Assembly: GCA_963825865.1 (NCBI GenBank)
Contig: CAWGVG010000029.1
Location: 126,545 to 190,544 of the forward strand
DNA: 64,000 nucleotides
DNA from: an uncultured Nitrososphaeraceae archaeon
Lineage (GTDB): Archaea > Thermoproteota > Nitrososphaeria > Nitrososphaerales > Nitrososphaeraceae
Reading direction: 5' to 3'
The notes under the pieces were generated by a model. That model was not told the origin of the DNA. It searched no databases and saw nothing but the letters and a program-made list of their open reading frames with translations. The translations under genes were made by a program, and so were the position numbers. Below, piece after piece: positions 1 through 11,645 of the stretch; the first letter of the stretch is position 1, and every line of letters begins with the position of its first letter.

Positions 1-59
1 ATCTTCCACTCTCCATGATATCGATTTTAAACATCAATTTTTTTTGCAAACTCACCCAT
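1..59 (-). CDS. 5' fragment of an unidentified gene downstream of priS (runs off the window)
   Basis: ATG at 59-57 reading MGEFAKKIDV..., co-oriented with the primase genes; too short to identify. Confidence 0.3.
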
Positions 60-108
60 GATTCTTTTTATTAGATAGATTACATTAGGGATATTTTCGG
101 CGAGTGCA

Positions 109-1257
109 TTAATTTACTTCTGCAAGTCCTTTACAGATCAGGTATACCGCTGCATAGACAGGTAATCTTGCAGTTTGTTTACTTATATTGAATGACTGAC
201 CTTTTAGCTTCAGTTTTACTGGCGCCTTTATCTCTACGTTAACTTCCCTGTCTGTTAAAAGGCATGCATCAGTTAGCGGATCAAACGATTCCATATCGTT
301 GCACCTCATTTTAGTCAATCCACTTTTGCTGTTTAGGCTACCAGCCATTCTGAACACTCTATGAATATCCATTGTTACCTGAGGATCGATTCTGACTCCA
401 ACGTCTTTAGTAACTTTGACCAGTTCTGTCTTAAAGCCATTGTATCCTCCTTTCTGTTGAACTATGTTGCTTAACTTAACTGTCGACGATTGATCAATTC
501 CTAATTTTTCTGCTATTTTTTTACGCCAGCCGTACAACATCCCGCTCTTAGGAAATTTAATAAAGAAACCATCGAATGCTTTTCTTACACCGATGCCCTC
601 TGTCATCATATCGTTGCCCATTAGATAACCTACAATATCTGACCTAGCTTGTGAATCCAAAGGATGGAATTCACTATCTGAAATATGAATATGGTACCCA
701 TTGTTACCTGAAAAATAGACCTGAATAGCCTTTTCCATGATACCAAGATCATACATTAACATCTCGATTAGATGTTTTACTTCTTTTTTCAAAGCATAGT
801 TGCATTTGTTACATATTAGAGATATATGATTTAGCTTTCCAGTTTTACATGATGGGCATAATTCAGACCTGCTTTTTTGCACTTTTCCACAATTTGCGCA
901 TATAAAGTATGAATGTGTTAGCTCACATAGCAAATGCAAATCCTTTGCATCAATATCAAAAATAAGATCTGCTCCGATCCACTGCTTTTCTTGCATATTA
1001 TATGTAGGAAATCTGTAATATGCATTTGAACAGTAAACATCAGAAGGAACATCCTTAATCAAAGTTGCCAAAAGCTCGCCAATATTTCTAAATGCAAGAT
1101 GTCTTAACATTGCTCCTGATCCAAATTGCCTGTACCCAAATTCACGTTTCTCTATACGTTCTGGAACCTCAATAATTTTACTATACTTGAAATAAAATTC
1201 TCTGAATACACTCCTAACAAGTGCTGTACTTTTTTCTGCAGATTTAGTGCTAATCAT
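109..1257 (-). CDS. priS: DNA primase small (catalytic) subunit
   Basis: KREFG, DLIFDIDAKD, FSGNNGYHIH and RIDPQVTMDIHRVFRMAGSLNSK motifs of archaeal PriS; Cys-rich Zn-binding insert. Confidence 0.96.
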   Translation of the reverse strand: MISTKSAEKSTALVRSVFREFYFKYSKIIEVPERIEKREFGYRQFGSGAMLRHLAFRNIGELLATLIKDVPSDVYCSNAYYRFPTYNMQEKQWIGADLIFDIDAKDLHLLCELTHSYFICANCGKVQKSRSELCPSCKTGKLNHISLICNKCNYALKKEVKHLIEMLMYDLGIMEKAIQVYFSGNNGYHIHISDSEFHPLDSQARSDIVGYLMGNDMMTEGIGVRKAFDGFFIKFPKSGMLYGWRKKIAEKLGIDQSSTVKLSNIVQQKGGYNGFKTELVKVTKDVGVRIDPQVTMDIHRVFRMAGSLNSKSGLTKMRCNDMESFDPLTDACLLTDREVNVEIKAPVKLKLKGQSFNISKQTARLPVYAAVYLICKGLAEVN

Positions 1258-2282
1258 AACGCTTCTCTAAATTCCGCCCGAATTGAATTGGGTTTGTTAT
1301 GCCATTACATTTTTCAGTCGCAAAACAAAGATTTTCGTTTCGAAGTTTTTCACACGAAGGAACAGAATATTTTACATGGCTCGCCTCTAATGCCAGCAAG
1401 ATGCTCTACCTGATACCTTGTAACCTTTTCATTATAATCCGGTGCATTATGGAATAATACCGCAATCTCATCTATACTTTTTCCAATCGCTAGCATGTAA
1501 GTTGCAAGCATAAGTCTTGCAGAATGCGGAAGGTTTTCTCCATTATTCATTACCTGTAATGCATGTTCAACACATGGAGGATAATCTGTTACTATTTTAT
1601 GTATGCGATACTCATAATTAGATGCAAGCTTAGGCCTCAATTCATCGACTTTAGCTTTGATTGTTTCTGGCAATGTTGATAACGCCATTGACTTTACCCT
1701 ATTGTAGATTAATGCACTCAGTTCACTTCTAATGAGCCTTACAGTTTCATCAGCGTCAAGGTACACGTAACCCTTATGCACTAATCTATTAATCAATTTC
1801 CATTCTTGTTCATGGAAATGAGAGGCTCTTGTAAGATAGTCAGTAACTTTGACTTTGAATAATCTATTATCTTCGGAGTCAATATCAACATTGACTCTAA
1901 ATAATTCCCCAAAAATTTTGAACAGAAGCAGGCGCTTCTTTTGTTCATTTTTTTCTTTTTTTAGATCCTCAGTTAGAAATTTTTCTGCCCTCATTGCTTC
2001 AAAAAGAGAATGCTTCTTTAGGATCGGTTCTACTCCTATGGATTTTGCCATTATAAGTGCAACAAGAAAAGTAAGTATCTCTATTTCGTATTTATCCAAT
2101 TTTTCATAGATTGTTCCACTGGTTACTTCTACTTCTATCCTCTCAGCTGCCCTGTCAATAATATGTCTCATCTCAGGCCGATTAAATTCTCCAAAATCAA
2201 AGTGCGTTTCCCGAATGTAATCTGAGGCCTCGTTTAGGAAAGGATACTTTGCTAGATCTCCTGTTCCAAGTTTTATAGACAA
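1250..2282 (-). CDS. priL: DNA primase large subunit; C-terminus split by two probable sequencing indels
   Basis: AKYPFL N-terminus and PPCV...NLPHSAR...YQVEHLAG; after a shift near 1381 it continues SHVKYSVPSCEKLRNENLCFAT..CNGITNPIQFG (Fe-S cysteines) to a TAG at 1252-1250 overlapping the priS start. Confidence 0.93.
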
Positions 2283-2325
2283 ATATTGACAGCAAGTCTA
2301 TCTTCTTTATACTAGAATAAAAATA

Positions 2326-2347
2326 CCATTGTAAAATCTTACAATGG
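2326..2347. promoter_or_regulatory. Perfect 9-bp inverted repeat upstream of the priL promoter; candidate transcription-factor site
   Basis: CCATTGTAA-AATC-TTACAATGG just upstream of a minus-strand TATAAAG about 25-30 nt before the priL TTG start. Confidence 0.45.
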
Positions 2348-2601
2348 CTTAAAGTATTGATATATTGACTTTAACATCTTTTTTAATACCTCTTTGAAAG
2401 TATGTTCAAGAGTACAGCTTTATATTTTGCAAGCCATTCTTTAATTGTATAAGTACTTTGTTCGTTGGTATGATGTATATGCTAACGCCAAAGCAATATC
2501 TAAATTTGAAAACTGCCATGCTGGTTTTGGAATAATTTATTATTTTGCTGTAATGCAGGATAGAATACATCATTATATACTTCATTCATCTCCGAATATC
2601 T

Positions 2602-2930
2602 ATGACTGCTGCAACAAAGTCAGGGACAAAGACGACAGCAGCTACGAATGCGACAAAAGCCGCTACCACTATTACTGCTATGACTGATAATAACAATGAT
2701 TATCATCTAGTCAGTACCACGGCGATGACTAGTGCTACTACTTCAATGACAACATTACTCTGGAAGGATTGGGAATTGATGTCACAATAAGCAGAGCTCC
2801 AACCAATGGTAAGAAAAACAAAGTCAACACCTCCTACATAAAGATATGCAAAATGCCTCCAAAGCCTCCAATCCCTCCAGCCAGCCTGGATCAAAGACAA
2901 CCACATACCAGATCAATCCACCACTAGACT
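2602..2930 (+). pseudogene. Decayed Thr/Ala- then Pro-rich low-complexity ORF
   Basis: MTAATKSGTKTTAATNATKAATT..., then PPKPPIPP in another frame; several stops. Confidence 0.3.
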
Positions 2931-3144
2931 AATAGTCAAACTACCAGTCTCCTTCTCTTTTATTTCCTTTATTTTGAAACAGTTTTTTTGCTACTGTGTA
3001 ATGTCAGAGCCATCAACAACCAAAAGACTACTCATTTGGCATACTCAATTTCAAAAGATCTTGCCCTCTTTCTGTCATCAAGTATGTGTTGTGTTATCAG
3101 ATCGATTACTGTTATTGGTGATGCATGGACAGCTCAATCAATCG

Positions 3145-3997
3145 CTAATCCAAGAAGACTGTCTGCAAATTCTCGTTCAGCGAGTCTAAGAGTCTCATAT
3201 CTTCAGGTGCAAGCTGGAAGTCGAACACCTGGCTGTTCTCCAGTATCCTGTCCTCGTGTATGGATTTTGGAATCACGACCAAGCCGTGCTGCAAGCTCCA
3301 GCGTATTAGAACCTGGGCTGGCGTTTTACCATATTTCTTTGCTACCGCCAAGATAGTTGGGTGGTTAAGCCTCTTACCTCTGGTCAATGGGCTATAGGCC
3401 TCTAGCTGGATTGTATTCTTCTCACAGAATTCCAATAGCTCCTTTTGGTATAGGAAAGGATGAAATTCTATCTGGTTCACTGCAGGAACCACCACAACAT
3501 CCGAGTCTTGTAGGATTCTCTTTCAGGTCGTCTACTGTGTAATTACTCACCCCAATAGCCCTGGCTTTGCCCTGCCGCAACAACCAAACCATTGCTCTCC
3601 ATATCTCGATGCTGTTGCTGTTCCCTTGCACTGGCCAGTGGATTAAGTATAGGTCCACATATGTCATCCCAAGCTGTCGCAAGCTCTTCTCGCATTCCTG
3701 CAGAGTAGAGTCGTATCCTACTTGATTACTGTTCCACAGCTTGGTAGTGATTAACACTTCCTCTCTTCTGATTCCACTTTCCCTCAATGCTGACCTCACA
3801 TCGGCCTCGTTACCATACACCATGGCGGTATCTATGTGCCGGTATCCGATCTTTAACGCATACCTCACAATACGTTGGGTTATCCTGCCAGGTGGTGACT
3901 GGTAGACTCCAAGGCCAAGGTATGGAATATCGACACCGTTATTGAGCCTAGCGCTGGACTCTAAGGTCAATAGCATACTTGCAATCATTAATTTCAA
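3145..3997 (-). CDS. Aldo/keto reductase (split near 3500)
   Basis: LNNGVDIPYLGLG, GYRHIDTA, TTKLWN, DLYLIHWP, AIGVSNY, PAVNQIEFHP, VIPKS across ORFs 3422-3997 and 3145-3495. Confidence 0.92.
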
Positions 3998-4290
3998 ATC
4001 TCAATTAACTCTATCTATGATGGTGATGTACACTCCTTGCTGTGTTGAGTGACTCGCAGTAAGTCACGTCTTCCTCTCTCCCTGCCCCGACAGATAGCCT
4101 TTATTTGTTAACTCCGCAACTCAATTTTCCTACGCAGATGGAGACCCTCCATATCTTCTCTCTTCCCCTACGATAAGAGGCATGACTCACTCTGTCTACT
4201 ACCGTCCATTTCTCAGACGTTGACAGAAATAAAGCATCAGAATTTCCAGACAGCTGCTGTAATACTTATCTCTGTAATAATATACTTTAA

Positions 4291-4746
4291 ATGCGCTATA
4301 TCATAGAAATGCAAGAAGACGATGATATTGTAGGAGAGGAGGTGAATAAGGTTAACGCCGAGTTCTATCATGCTTTTGAAAGCCTATCTATAGAAATGAT
4401 GGATAAGTTGTGGAAGCACGACGAAGATGTTGTTTGCATACATCCAGGCTGGGATTTATTCACAGGTTGGTTGGCAATACGCGAAAGTTGGATAACAATA
4501 TTTAGCAATACGGAGATGATAAGGTTTATACTTACAAATACAAAAGTAAGAATCTTTGATAATAATAGAATAGCAGTAGTTGTATGCCTAGAAAATATAG
4601 AAACTTCAGCTAATGGACAAGTGATTAAGATTGGCGTTATTGCCACCAATGTATTTGAGCGAAATGAACTAAACCAGTGGTTGCTTATTCATCACCACGG
4701 TTCTTCTGTAGCAAACTACATACCGCCAAATATCTCTTCTCAATAA
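4291..4746 (+). CDS. SnoaL-like / NTF2-fold protein
   Basis: N..FYHAFE...M..LW....VVCIHPGW...W..IF and ATNVFE...WLLIHHHGS pattern. Confidence 0.85.
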   Translation: MRYIIEMQEDDDIVGEEVNKVNAEFYHAFESLSIEMMDKLWKHDEDVVCIHPGWDLFTGWLAIRESWITIFSNTEMIRFILTNTKVRIFDNNRIAVVVCLENIETSANGQVIKIGVIATNVFERNELNQWLLIHHHGSSVANYIPPNISSQ

Positions 4747-5069
4747 TATAATCTACTAAATGTAAAAAAGCTGCCAAAGGTTTCATTTGTAATAAAGGAT
4801 TGTTTAGGCAGGTATAGCGAACTAGAAACAAGACTTGATTTTAATGCAGAGATAAAGATAAAAGAAGGGACCTAAAGGTGCGAACAATGGAAATTACAAG
4901 AAGAAATAAAGTGTTGTATGAGACAGTTATAAGTAGGCCTCTGAACTATTTTTAGTTCATTGTTTTTTTTGACTGACTAATCCAAGCAACTGTTTGAAGA
5001 CTTACTTACCAGGAATTAAATAAATTTTAAATAAGTTATAAGGATCGTTAATCTCTATTTTAAGCATTC

Positions 5070-5516
5070 ATGAAAACTGGAATTTTAGGATCTGGTGACG
5101 TCGGACGCAGATTGGGCGATGGATTCATAGAACTTGGTCACATGGTCAAAATTGGAACACGTGATCCAAGTAAAGGTGAAGTTGTACAATGGGTTAGCAA
5201 CCACGGCGGAGAAGAGGGTAAAGCTTCAGCAGGAACTTTTACTGAAGCCGCATCATTTGGAGAGATGATTGTAATAGCAACATCATGGGATGGGACATTT
5301 AACGCCATAAAAATGGCTGATCCCACAAATTTTGCAGGAAAAATTGTAATTGATGTTACCAATCCATTAGACTTTTCCAAAGGTATGCCTCCAAAGCTAG
5401 CTGTAGGTTATTCGGACTCTGCAGGAGAAACTGTTCACCTGTATGTACCATTTGATACTTGCAAAAAAAACTTGCGCTTATCAACCTTTTGGATGCACTT
5501 GCATTACTATATATAA
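5070..5516 (+). pseudogene. NADPH-dependent F420 reductase-like oxidoreductase, C-terminally truncated near 5437
   Basis: GILGSGDVG Rossmann motif, GTRDP, KIVIDVTNPL, DSAGETV; the expected VVKAFN segment is missing and unrelated sequence follows. Confidence 0.8.
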
Positions 5517-5534
5517 AACCTAGGGATAGGGTTG

Positions 5535-5717
5535 TTAAGATCTTTTAATATGCGACTTTATTTTCTCTTGTAATTCTGGTGTCATTATCTCCTCCACTTT
5601 AAAATGATGATCCTGTACTGCATGTTGTTCTGCATTTTTCATAATTTCTTGTTCTGTTTCGCCTTTGCATACATAGTCACAATCCATTCCTACGTCTCTG
5701 CATGATACTGTTAACAT
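5535..5717 (-). CDS. Small metal-binding protein (DUF1059-like)
   Basis: SCRDVGMDCDYVCKGETEQE...HAVQDH signature. Confidence 0.85.
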   Translation of the reverse strand: MLTVSCRDVGMDCDYVCKGETEQEIMKNAEQHAVQDHHFKVEEIMTPELQEKIKSHIKRS

Positions 5718-6425
5718 TTCTTCCTATAACTGGTTCCATGATATTAATAAGTTTATTTTTGAAAAAATGAAAACTTATGATTTCGTTGTTCAATTTTCTA
5801 CGAGGACATCCATCACAAGGTTTTCCAACGGATCTCATGGTTAGACAATATCAACATTTGTTGTTCAACTAATGATCTGAATGTATTGAGGTAATTCAAT
5901 TGGTCATCTAGTAAAGTCCTTCAAGCCCGTTCGATTTCTAATAAGACTAAATATCAATGTCGTTATACTGTTGTTTTCTCTTAGGTTGTTTCAACATAAT
6001 GGTAAAGTCTCAATTAGAGTAGATGAAAGTGATGTCGATAATGAAATAGAAATTATCAGTGATTGATATTTCTTCGTCATTCATTTTCAATTTTAATAAA
6101 AAGGTCAAAGAAACAATGTATATGTACTTACCAATCATGACTAACTTTTATTACTCAGTGCTTAAATAAATCGCAAATGGACCTACCTCCTTTAGTGCAT
6201 CCTTGTAGTCTGTGTTTGCGTTTAATATTGAAAGAATGATCTCTAGATCTATTTCACCTTCATTAAAAAATTGATAGTTCTGATTTGCTGATTCTAATCT
6301 CCCATCTATGTCTTTTAAAACATCTTTAAACCCTTTCTTCCTGTTAATGCCTATGATACACCAAAAAAGTGTGTTACTTAACATAGTTAACTTAATTATA
6401 ATAATGTGCTGATTGCATACTGTGT

Positions 6426-6878
6426 ATGACGCTGGTAAATAATCGACATATGTCTCTTTCTCCAATATCATATCGTGATAGAATTTACATCGTCGAGGAT
6501 ATAATACTAAAGTTGGTAGAGCATGGCGAACTAAACCAGACTGCACTAGTTAGCTTTTGTGGATTGAATTTGAAAAAACATAGGTGCATACTCGATGAGC
6601 TACAAGTAAATGGTTTCATAAGCAAAAGCGAATTACCATTTGGAAAAAGAATTGTTGCAATCTACAAGCCCACACAAAAGGGAATAGAATTTTGTAGAAG
6701 TATATTGGAGCCATATGAGAGAATGTTTCCGAGAAGAAAAGAGTCTGTTGTATATAATAATAGCAATAGTAATGAAGAGAAACCAGCAAGACAACTAAGT
6801 TGTCCTCAAGAAGAAGTAGATCAACAGGAAGAACAGCATTTGCGGCTAGTGGCAACAGAACAAATTCCAGTTAATTAA
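6426..6878 (+). CDS. Winged helix-turn-helix transcription regulator
   Basis: YRDRIYIVEDIIL...LNQTALVSFCGLN...YKPTQKGIEF, typical archaeal wHTH. Confidence 0.8.
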   Translation: MTLVNNRHMSLSPISYRDRIYIVEDIILKLVEHGELNQTALVSFCGLNLKKHRCILDELQVNGFISKSELPFGKRIVAIYKPTQKGIEFCRSILEPYERMFPRRKESVVYNNSNSNEEKPARQLSCPQEEVDQQEEQHLRLVATEQIPVN

Positions 6879-6889
6879 AAAAGTACCAA

Positions 6890-7336
6890 TCAACAATCAC
6901 TATTACTATTACTATTAGTATCTTCACTATATTGTGACGCAATCTTTCTATCCATTTCTTGTTTTTCTCTGATATAATCTCCATATCTTTTCTTCCAAGA
7001 ACTAATTAGCCGATACTGCCTTATACCTGCTACAAGCCATATGGAAGAAATAACAATAATCGTTCCCAAGAGCACAGCAAGGATATCTCCAAATTCATTT
7101 TCTATATCAAGAATTGCGAAAAACGATGGGTGCTGTAATAAGAATACCGAAAGTCCTATTGCAATAGGAGCTAATACTAATGCAGAAATAGATACTCCTA
7201 GGAGTGTTTTTCTGATTTGGAATATCTGTTCGATAAAATTATCGAGTAGGATCAGTATTCTGTATCGGGAAAAAGAAGAGGATACAGTAGTGAGTTGTTC
7301 TTTTTTATCATAATCATTATTATCATCATCTGACAT
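6890..7336 (-). CDS. Hypothetical two-TM membrane protein
   Basis: 148-aa ORF with two hydrophobic helices and charged termini. Confidence 0.7.
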   Translation of the reverse strand: MSDDDNNDYDKKEQLTTVSSSFSRYRILILLDNFIEQIFQIRKTLLGVSISALVLAPIAIGLSVFLLQHPSFFAILDIENEFGDILAVLLGTIIVISSIWLVAGIRQYRLISSWKKRYGDYIREKQEMDRKIASQYSEDTNSNSNSDC

Positions 7337-7575
7337 ATGTCTAAATATACTGTTGTATCTCTTCTACTTTGTCTTATATAGGCAATGATTAACTTGGTTA
7401 ATTCAATTCAGTATATATTAGTAACAAACTATTTTGCTTGACGTTACTACAAGATTAACAAGTAAATCACTGCCATATCGTAGTGTAGATATGTCCTTAC
7501 CTTACTTGGCAGTTAACAGTGTAAACTTACATGGTTTAGCATGTCTTAATTTGAGCTTATTCCTTTGCTTATGAT

Positions 7576-7842
7576 ATGAGTAGTAGTCAATCCATAAAGG
7601 CGCCTAGACCACTTAAAGGTGGAATAATATTTCATGAAGATTTTGATGTATCAAGTAATAATGCAATACAATCTGAGAGCAAACTAATTCACGAGCATGA
7701 CTTCATTACAACAAGAATTAAAGAAACAAACAGTTTTTTCATTCATTGCATTACTTGCGGCATATGCTACTGTGGGCTATGTGGTAAGGCATTGGAAGAT
7801 AATGTAATCAATCATGAATGCTATAATATATCAAAGAAATAA
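7576..7842 (+). CDS. Small Cys/His-rich hypothetical protein
   Basis: HEHDF...HCITCGICYCGLCGK...HEC. Confidence 0.65.
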   Translation: MSSSQSIKAPRPLKGGIIFHEDFDVSSNNAIQSESKLIHEHDFITTRIKETNSFFIHCITCGICYCGLCGKALEDNVINHECYNISKK

Positions 7843-8006
7843 TAGCAAGTGGCTGCCATTCTTCACATTCAGTCTTAGTAGTAGTAGTTCATGGTGAAAT
7901 TGTTTCAGACAAGGGTAAAAAAGAGAGAAAACAATACTATACTATAAAGCATCAATTAATAATTCTAATATCAGCAGAGATTATTATTCTTCTTCTTCCC
8001 GTTCTG

Positions 8007-8230
8007 ATGCTACGCGTAACAACAATAAAGGTTGAAACTAGTTTTGCCTATGTAACACAGTCGTCTTCTGGTATTGCAGCAGCAGACCCAAGTTACTGCG
8101 ACAAAGCAGGCCATTATCCCACTTGTTATGATATGGGATATGAGGGAGGTCTTATTGACAGACAGCAAGATGTCCAAAACGGCCTTAGATATTCAGCTTT
8201 AGAAGAAGAACAAAGCACTCCAAGCAGCAC
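8007..8230 (+). pseudogene. Fragment of a probable secreted protein
   Basis: Hydrophobic stretch upstream, then DPSYCDKAGHYPTCYDMGYEGG; cut off by the flavin reductase fragment. Confidence 0.35.
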
Positions 8231-8232
8231 TG

Positions 8233-8481
8233 TTGATAAAAGGTGCTGCAATGAATGCCGAATGCAAGCTCCTAGCACATGAGAAAATAGGAGATCATAT
8301 AATGTTTGTTGGTGAGATAATCGAAATCACAGCTGACGAGAACATTAAGCCTTTAGTTTATCACAACGGCATGTACTGGAAGCTAAGTGATAACCTTCCT
8401 AGGCCGCGGCGAGAAATTTTAGATGGAATAAAGCAGTTTGCTGAAAAATATCAAAAAAGCTCTAACGCTATAAAAACTTAA
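8233..8481 (+). pseudogene. Flavin reductase-like protein, C-terminal fragment
   Basis: GAAMNAECKL...GDHIMFVGEI...KPLVYHNG; N-terminal half absent. Confidence 0.8.
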
Positions 8482-8519
8482 ACCAAAGAAATAATTTGTG
8501 AATTTTAAACTTTACCAAA

Positions 8520-8702
8520 TTGAAATGTTTTGACTGTTATTTGGAATTTTATCCAACGCTTCAGAACCCAATCTGCCCTTATTGTGGCTTTTGTCACTAT
8601 TGTAGTGTTCAGTTGATTGGTTGCAAAACCAAAGCAGTAAGTCGGTCAGTCGACATTAACGTAATGAAGTTGGTGGCGGCAAACCAGGAAAATAAAAAAT
8701 AA
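8520..8702 (+). CDS. Small Cys-rich (Zn-finger-like) protein
   Basis: MKCFDC...CPYCGFCHYC in 60 aa. Confidence 0.5.
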   Translation: MKCFDCYLEFYPTLQNPICPYCGFCHYCSVQLIGCKTKAVSRSVDINVMKLVAANQENKK

Positions 8703-8814
8703 ATATTGTTTTCTCTTTCTCTTTATTCTTGATTCTCTACTTACTTGCCTTTAGATAGGTGATTTTGGATAGTGATTCATAAGACCAATCATTAGGCCTC
8801 TGATTACTACTTAT

Positions 8815-9246
8815 TTAAAGTCCTACTGTTTCAAGATATGATCCTATTTCTTTAAATGAAGCCCGATGATGGTCATTCATATGTTCAAGGACACGACAAA
8901 GATGATATCCATCACCAAGCAGATTACATTTGTTGCATTTAATTCTATAATATGGATCAACTCCTAAAGTTCTATATGCCCTCAAAATATCGTCATCATC
9001 AGCTACGTATTCATATACAGATAAGGTCGTCGATGATTCATCTCCAATTCCAGCCTTTGACATCAGCAAGCCGTTAACACATACCTCGACCATAGATTTT
9101 GTTGTTGATGTGATTTGATGATCTTCATCTAGATCTGTAATTTCGGAAATTTTCATAAAGTGTCCAAAACATTGTTCTTCAGTGGCATTTTTCAGTATTT
9201 GTGAAAGTTTTACTTTCTGTTTCTGTTCTTGAATCTGAACCAGCAT
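8815..9246 (-). CDS. Hypothetical protein
   Basis: 143 aa with CNKC and a C-terminal HMNDHHRASFKEIGSYLE. Confidence 0.65.
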   Translation of the reverse strand: MLVQIQEQKQKVKLSQILKNATEEQCFGHFMKISEITDLDEDHQITSTTKSMVEVCVNGLLMSKAGIGDESSTTLSVYEYVADDDDILRAYRTLGVDPYYRIKCNKCNLLGDGYHLCRVLEHMNDHHRASFKEIGSYLETVGL

Positions 9247-9419
9247 CCTGCTTCCTACGTTATGTTAGTTTATAAAGAGATGGATTCTGGTTAGTACAGT
9301 TTGATAACGTTACAAAATCATCTTGATTAGGTGATCAGGAAGAAGAAGAAATAAAGATGACTTTCACTAAATATCGCTAGCTTGAAATTGCAACACTCAA
9401 AAGAAATGAGCACGGTGAA

Positions 9420-10014
9420 TTGCAACACTTGAGTTCAAAGATGCAACAACAACAAATTGAATGGCGTAGAACCAAAGTAATGGAATTGTTAAGTAAAGGA
9501 GAAAACAATCAATCTGAAATTGCAAGAGTGTTGCAAGTAGATAGGTCTATCATATCTAGAGATATTGCGCACATATTAGACAACAATCTAGGCATAATTC
9601 AGAAGATACATTGACGAACGGCTGCCAGAAGAATACGAGAAATGTCTTGTTGGATTGACTGCAATTCTAAGAGAAGCATGGAATACTTCGCAGCAGACAG
9701 AAGACAGGAGAGAAAAGATACAGGCTTTGTCATTGGCCAAAGACTGCTATTTGATGAAGTTGGATTTGCTTACCAACGCAACAGTAGTTGATGACGCTAT
9801 CAGGTTTGTATCAGAATCAGAAAAGTTCAAAGATAAAGCCAAAGATCAAGTAAAAAGTTCGTCTTCTTCTTTTTTAGATAGTAGCAATGAAGAGGATAAA
9901 GAATCTAAGGAGCCTGATTATGATGATGATGACGATGATGAAAAGTCCGATAAAGTAGAGGAAGAAAAACAAGAAGAGCAAACTGGGCAAATACCGACAA
10001 ATCAGGTTTTTTGA
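9420..10014 (+). CDS. HTH plus helical protein with acidic tail (split near 9575)
   Basis: WRRTKVMELLSKG..NQSEIARVLQVDRSIISRD HTH; continues IDERLPEEYEKCLVGLTAILREAW...MKLDLLTNATVVDDAIRFV. Confidence 0.7.
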
Positions 10015-10190
10015 TTATTGCTGTGAAGTTTTGACTTCTTGCTATAGTATTTAAAAGAAGTTTGTCACCCATTTACTGTTATTATAGCCTCAGCTGGGCT
10101 CAGTCAGTGTGTGTCATTACTCACCTGCTGCCTGGTCACATCTTGGATCACCTTCATTATATATGTGAGTCAGTGTAATCAGATTTCGTA

Positions 10191-11273
10191 ATGAATGAAA
10201 AAAAGGACAACTATTCGCTTTATCTCTCATTTTGTTTGACAGCAATGTTTCTTACGATTATTATTGTTGCAACCGGCATATTTGCTAGCTCATTAATATT
10301 AAACCAAAATCAGAGTGCAGTAGCACAACAGCAACAGCGGAGCAATTACTCGGATCTAATAGTAGTAATCAAACGCTATTATCTCCAGCTAAACAACAGC
10401 CTTTTGTTTCAAAAGGCATATCCTTTGTTATTGATAACGTGAACTTTTCGCATCATATGGCATCTGTTAATGGTATTCAACTTCACTACGTGATAGGTGG
10501 TCAAGGAGATCCAATAGTCTTGCTGCATGGTTGGCCACAGACATGGTATGAATGGCGCCATGTCATGTCAGCTTTGGCTAAGAATTATACTGTCATTGTA
10601 CCTGATTTACGTGGGTTAGGTGATTCCTCAAAGCCAGTTACAGGCTATGACGGCAAGACTACCGCAGAAGATATCTTCCAACTGGTATCTCAACTAGGCT
10701 TTAAAGGCATATTCTTAGTTGGTCATGATTTTGGTGTACAAGTAGCGTATTCGTATGCTGCTGCTCATCCCAATGACGTTAGACGCTTGGTTATCCTTGA
10801 TGTTCCAATACCTGGTATAGGTCCCGGGGAAAATATTACAGGCTTATGGTGGATTCCATTCCATATGGTACGGGATATTCCAGAAATGCTTGTTGAAGGA
10901 CACGAAAGGGAATACCTTGCTTGGTTCTATAGGAACGGTGCATGTAATCCTGCTGCAATCACGAAAGGGGATGTTGATGAATATGTTAGTCACTATTCTG
11001 CTCCTGGTGGAATGCGAGCCGGATTCGAATACTATAGGGCTTTATCTGACGATGTAAAACAAAATAAAGAATACTCTAGGGTTAAACTTCCCATGCCTGT
11101 TTTAGCTCTCGGGTGGGAAGTGTAGCTTTGGCACTGCGGCATTGGATTCAATGCGCTTGCTTGCTACAGATGTGCGTGGCGGCGTAGCTCCACTTTCAGG
11201 ACACTGGATTCCAGAAGAGCAGCCGGATTTTGTAGTAGACCAGCTATTCAAATTCTTTGGAAACAGGTACTAA
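10191..11273 (+). CDS. Secreted alpha/beta hydrolase (epoxide hydrolase-like), split by indels
   Basis: N-terminal signal/TM helix, LHGWPQ, PDLRGLGDS, GHDFG nucleophile elbow, and GHWIPEEQP after a shift near 11112. Confidence 0.88.
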
Positions 11274-11326
11274 GTAAGTGACAGGTGATAGTAGTAGGAT
11301 ATTATTTTTTGTCCAAGCTCACTTAC

Positions 11327-11645
11327 TTAGATTTGTGCCTGACCCCCATCGACGAACAGTTCGATACCGGTGACAAAACTGCTGTCATCCGACGCGAGGA
11401 ATGAGACGACTTTCGCGACTTCGTCCGATCTACCCATCCGCCCCATTGGCACCCTGGCCACGAGGCTCTTTAACTGCTCGATCTGTTCGTCAGTCTGTAC
11501 CAAGGCCAAGATCGGTGTATCTATCGGGCCAGGGCTGATGGCGTTGACACGGATCTTGCGTTGTTTCAGCTCGACCGTCCAGGTGCGAGCGAACGACCGT
11601 ACTGTGGCTTTGGTTGCGCTGTAAAGGGTTGATGTCCCGAACCCA
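11327..11645 (-). pseudogene. Short-chain dehydrogenase, C-terminal fragment
   Basis: YSATKA...IRVNAISPGPIDTP...PMGRMG...FLASDDSSFVTGIELFVDGG; N-terminal Rossmann half absent; visibly GC-richer than the flanks. Confidence 0.85.

Noticed and set aside
6151-6546. 131-aa minus-strand ORF
   Set aside because: Its 5' part overlaps the convincing wHTH gene on the other strand; only the last ~65 codons might be a gene remnant and I cannot identify them.
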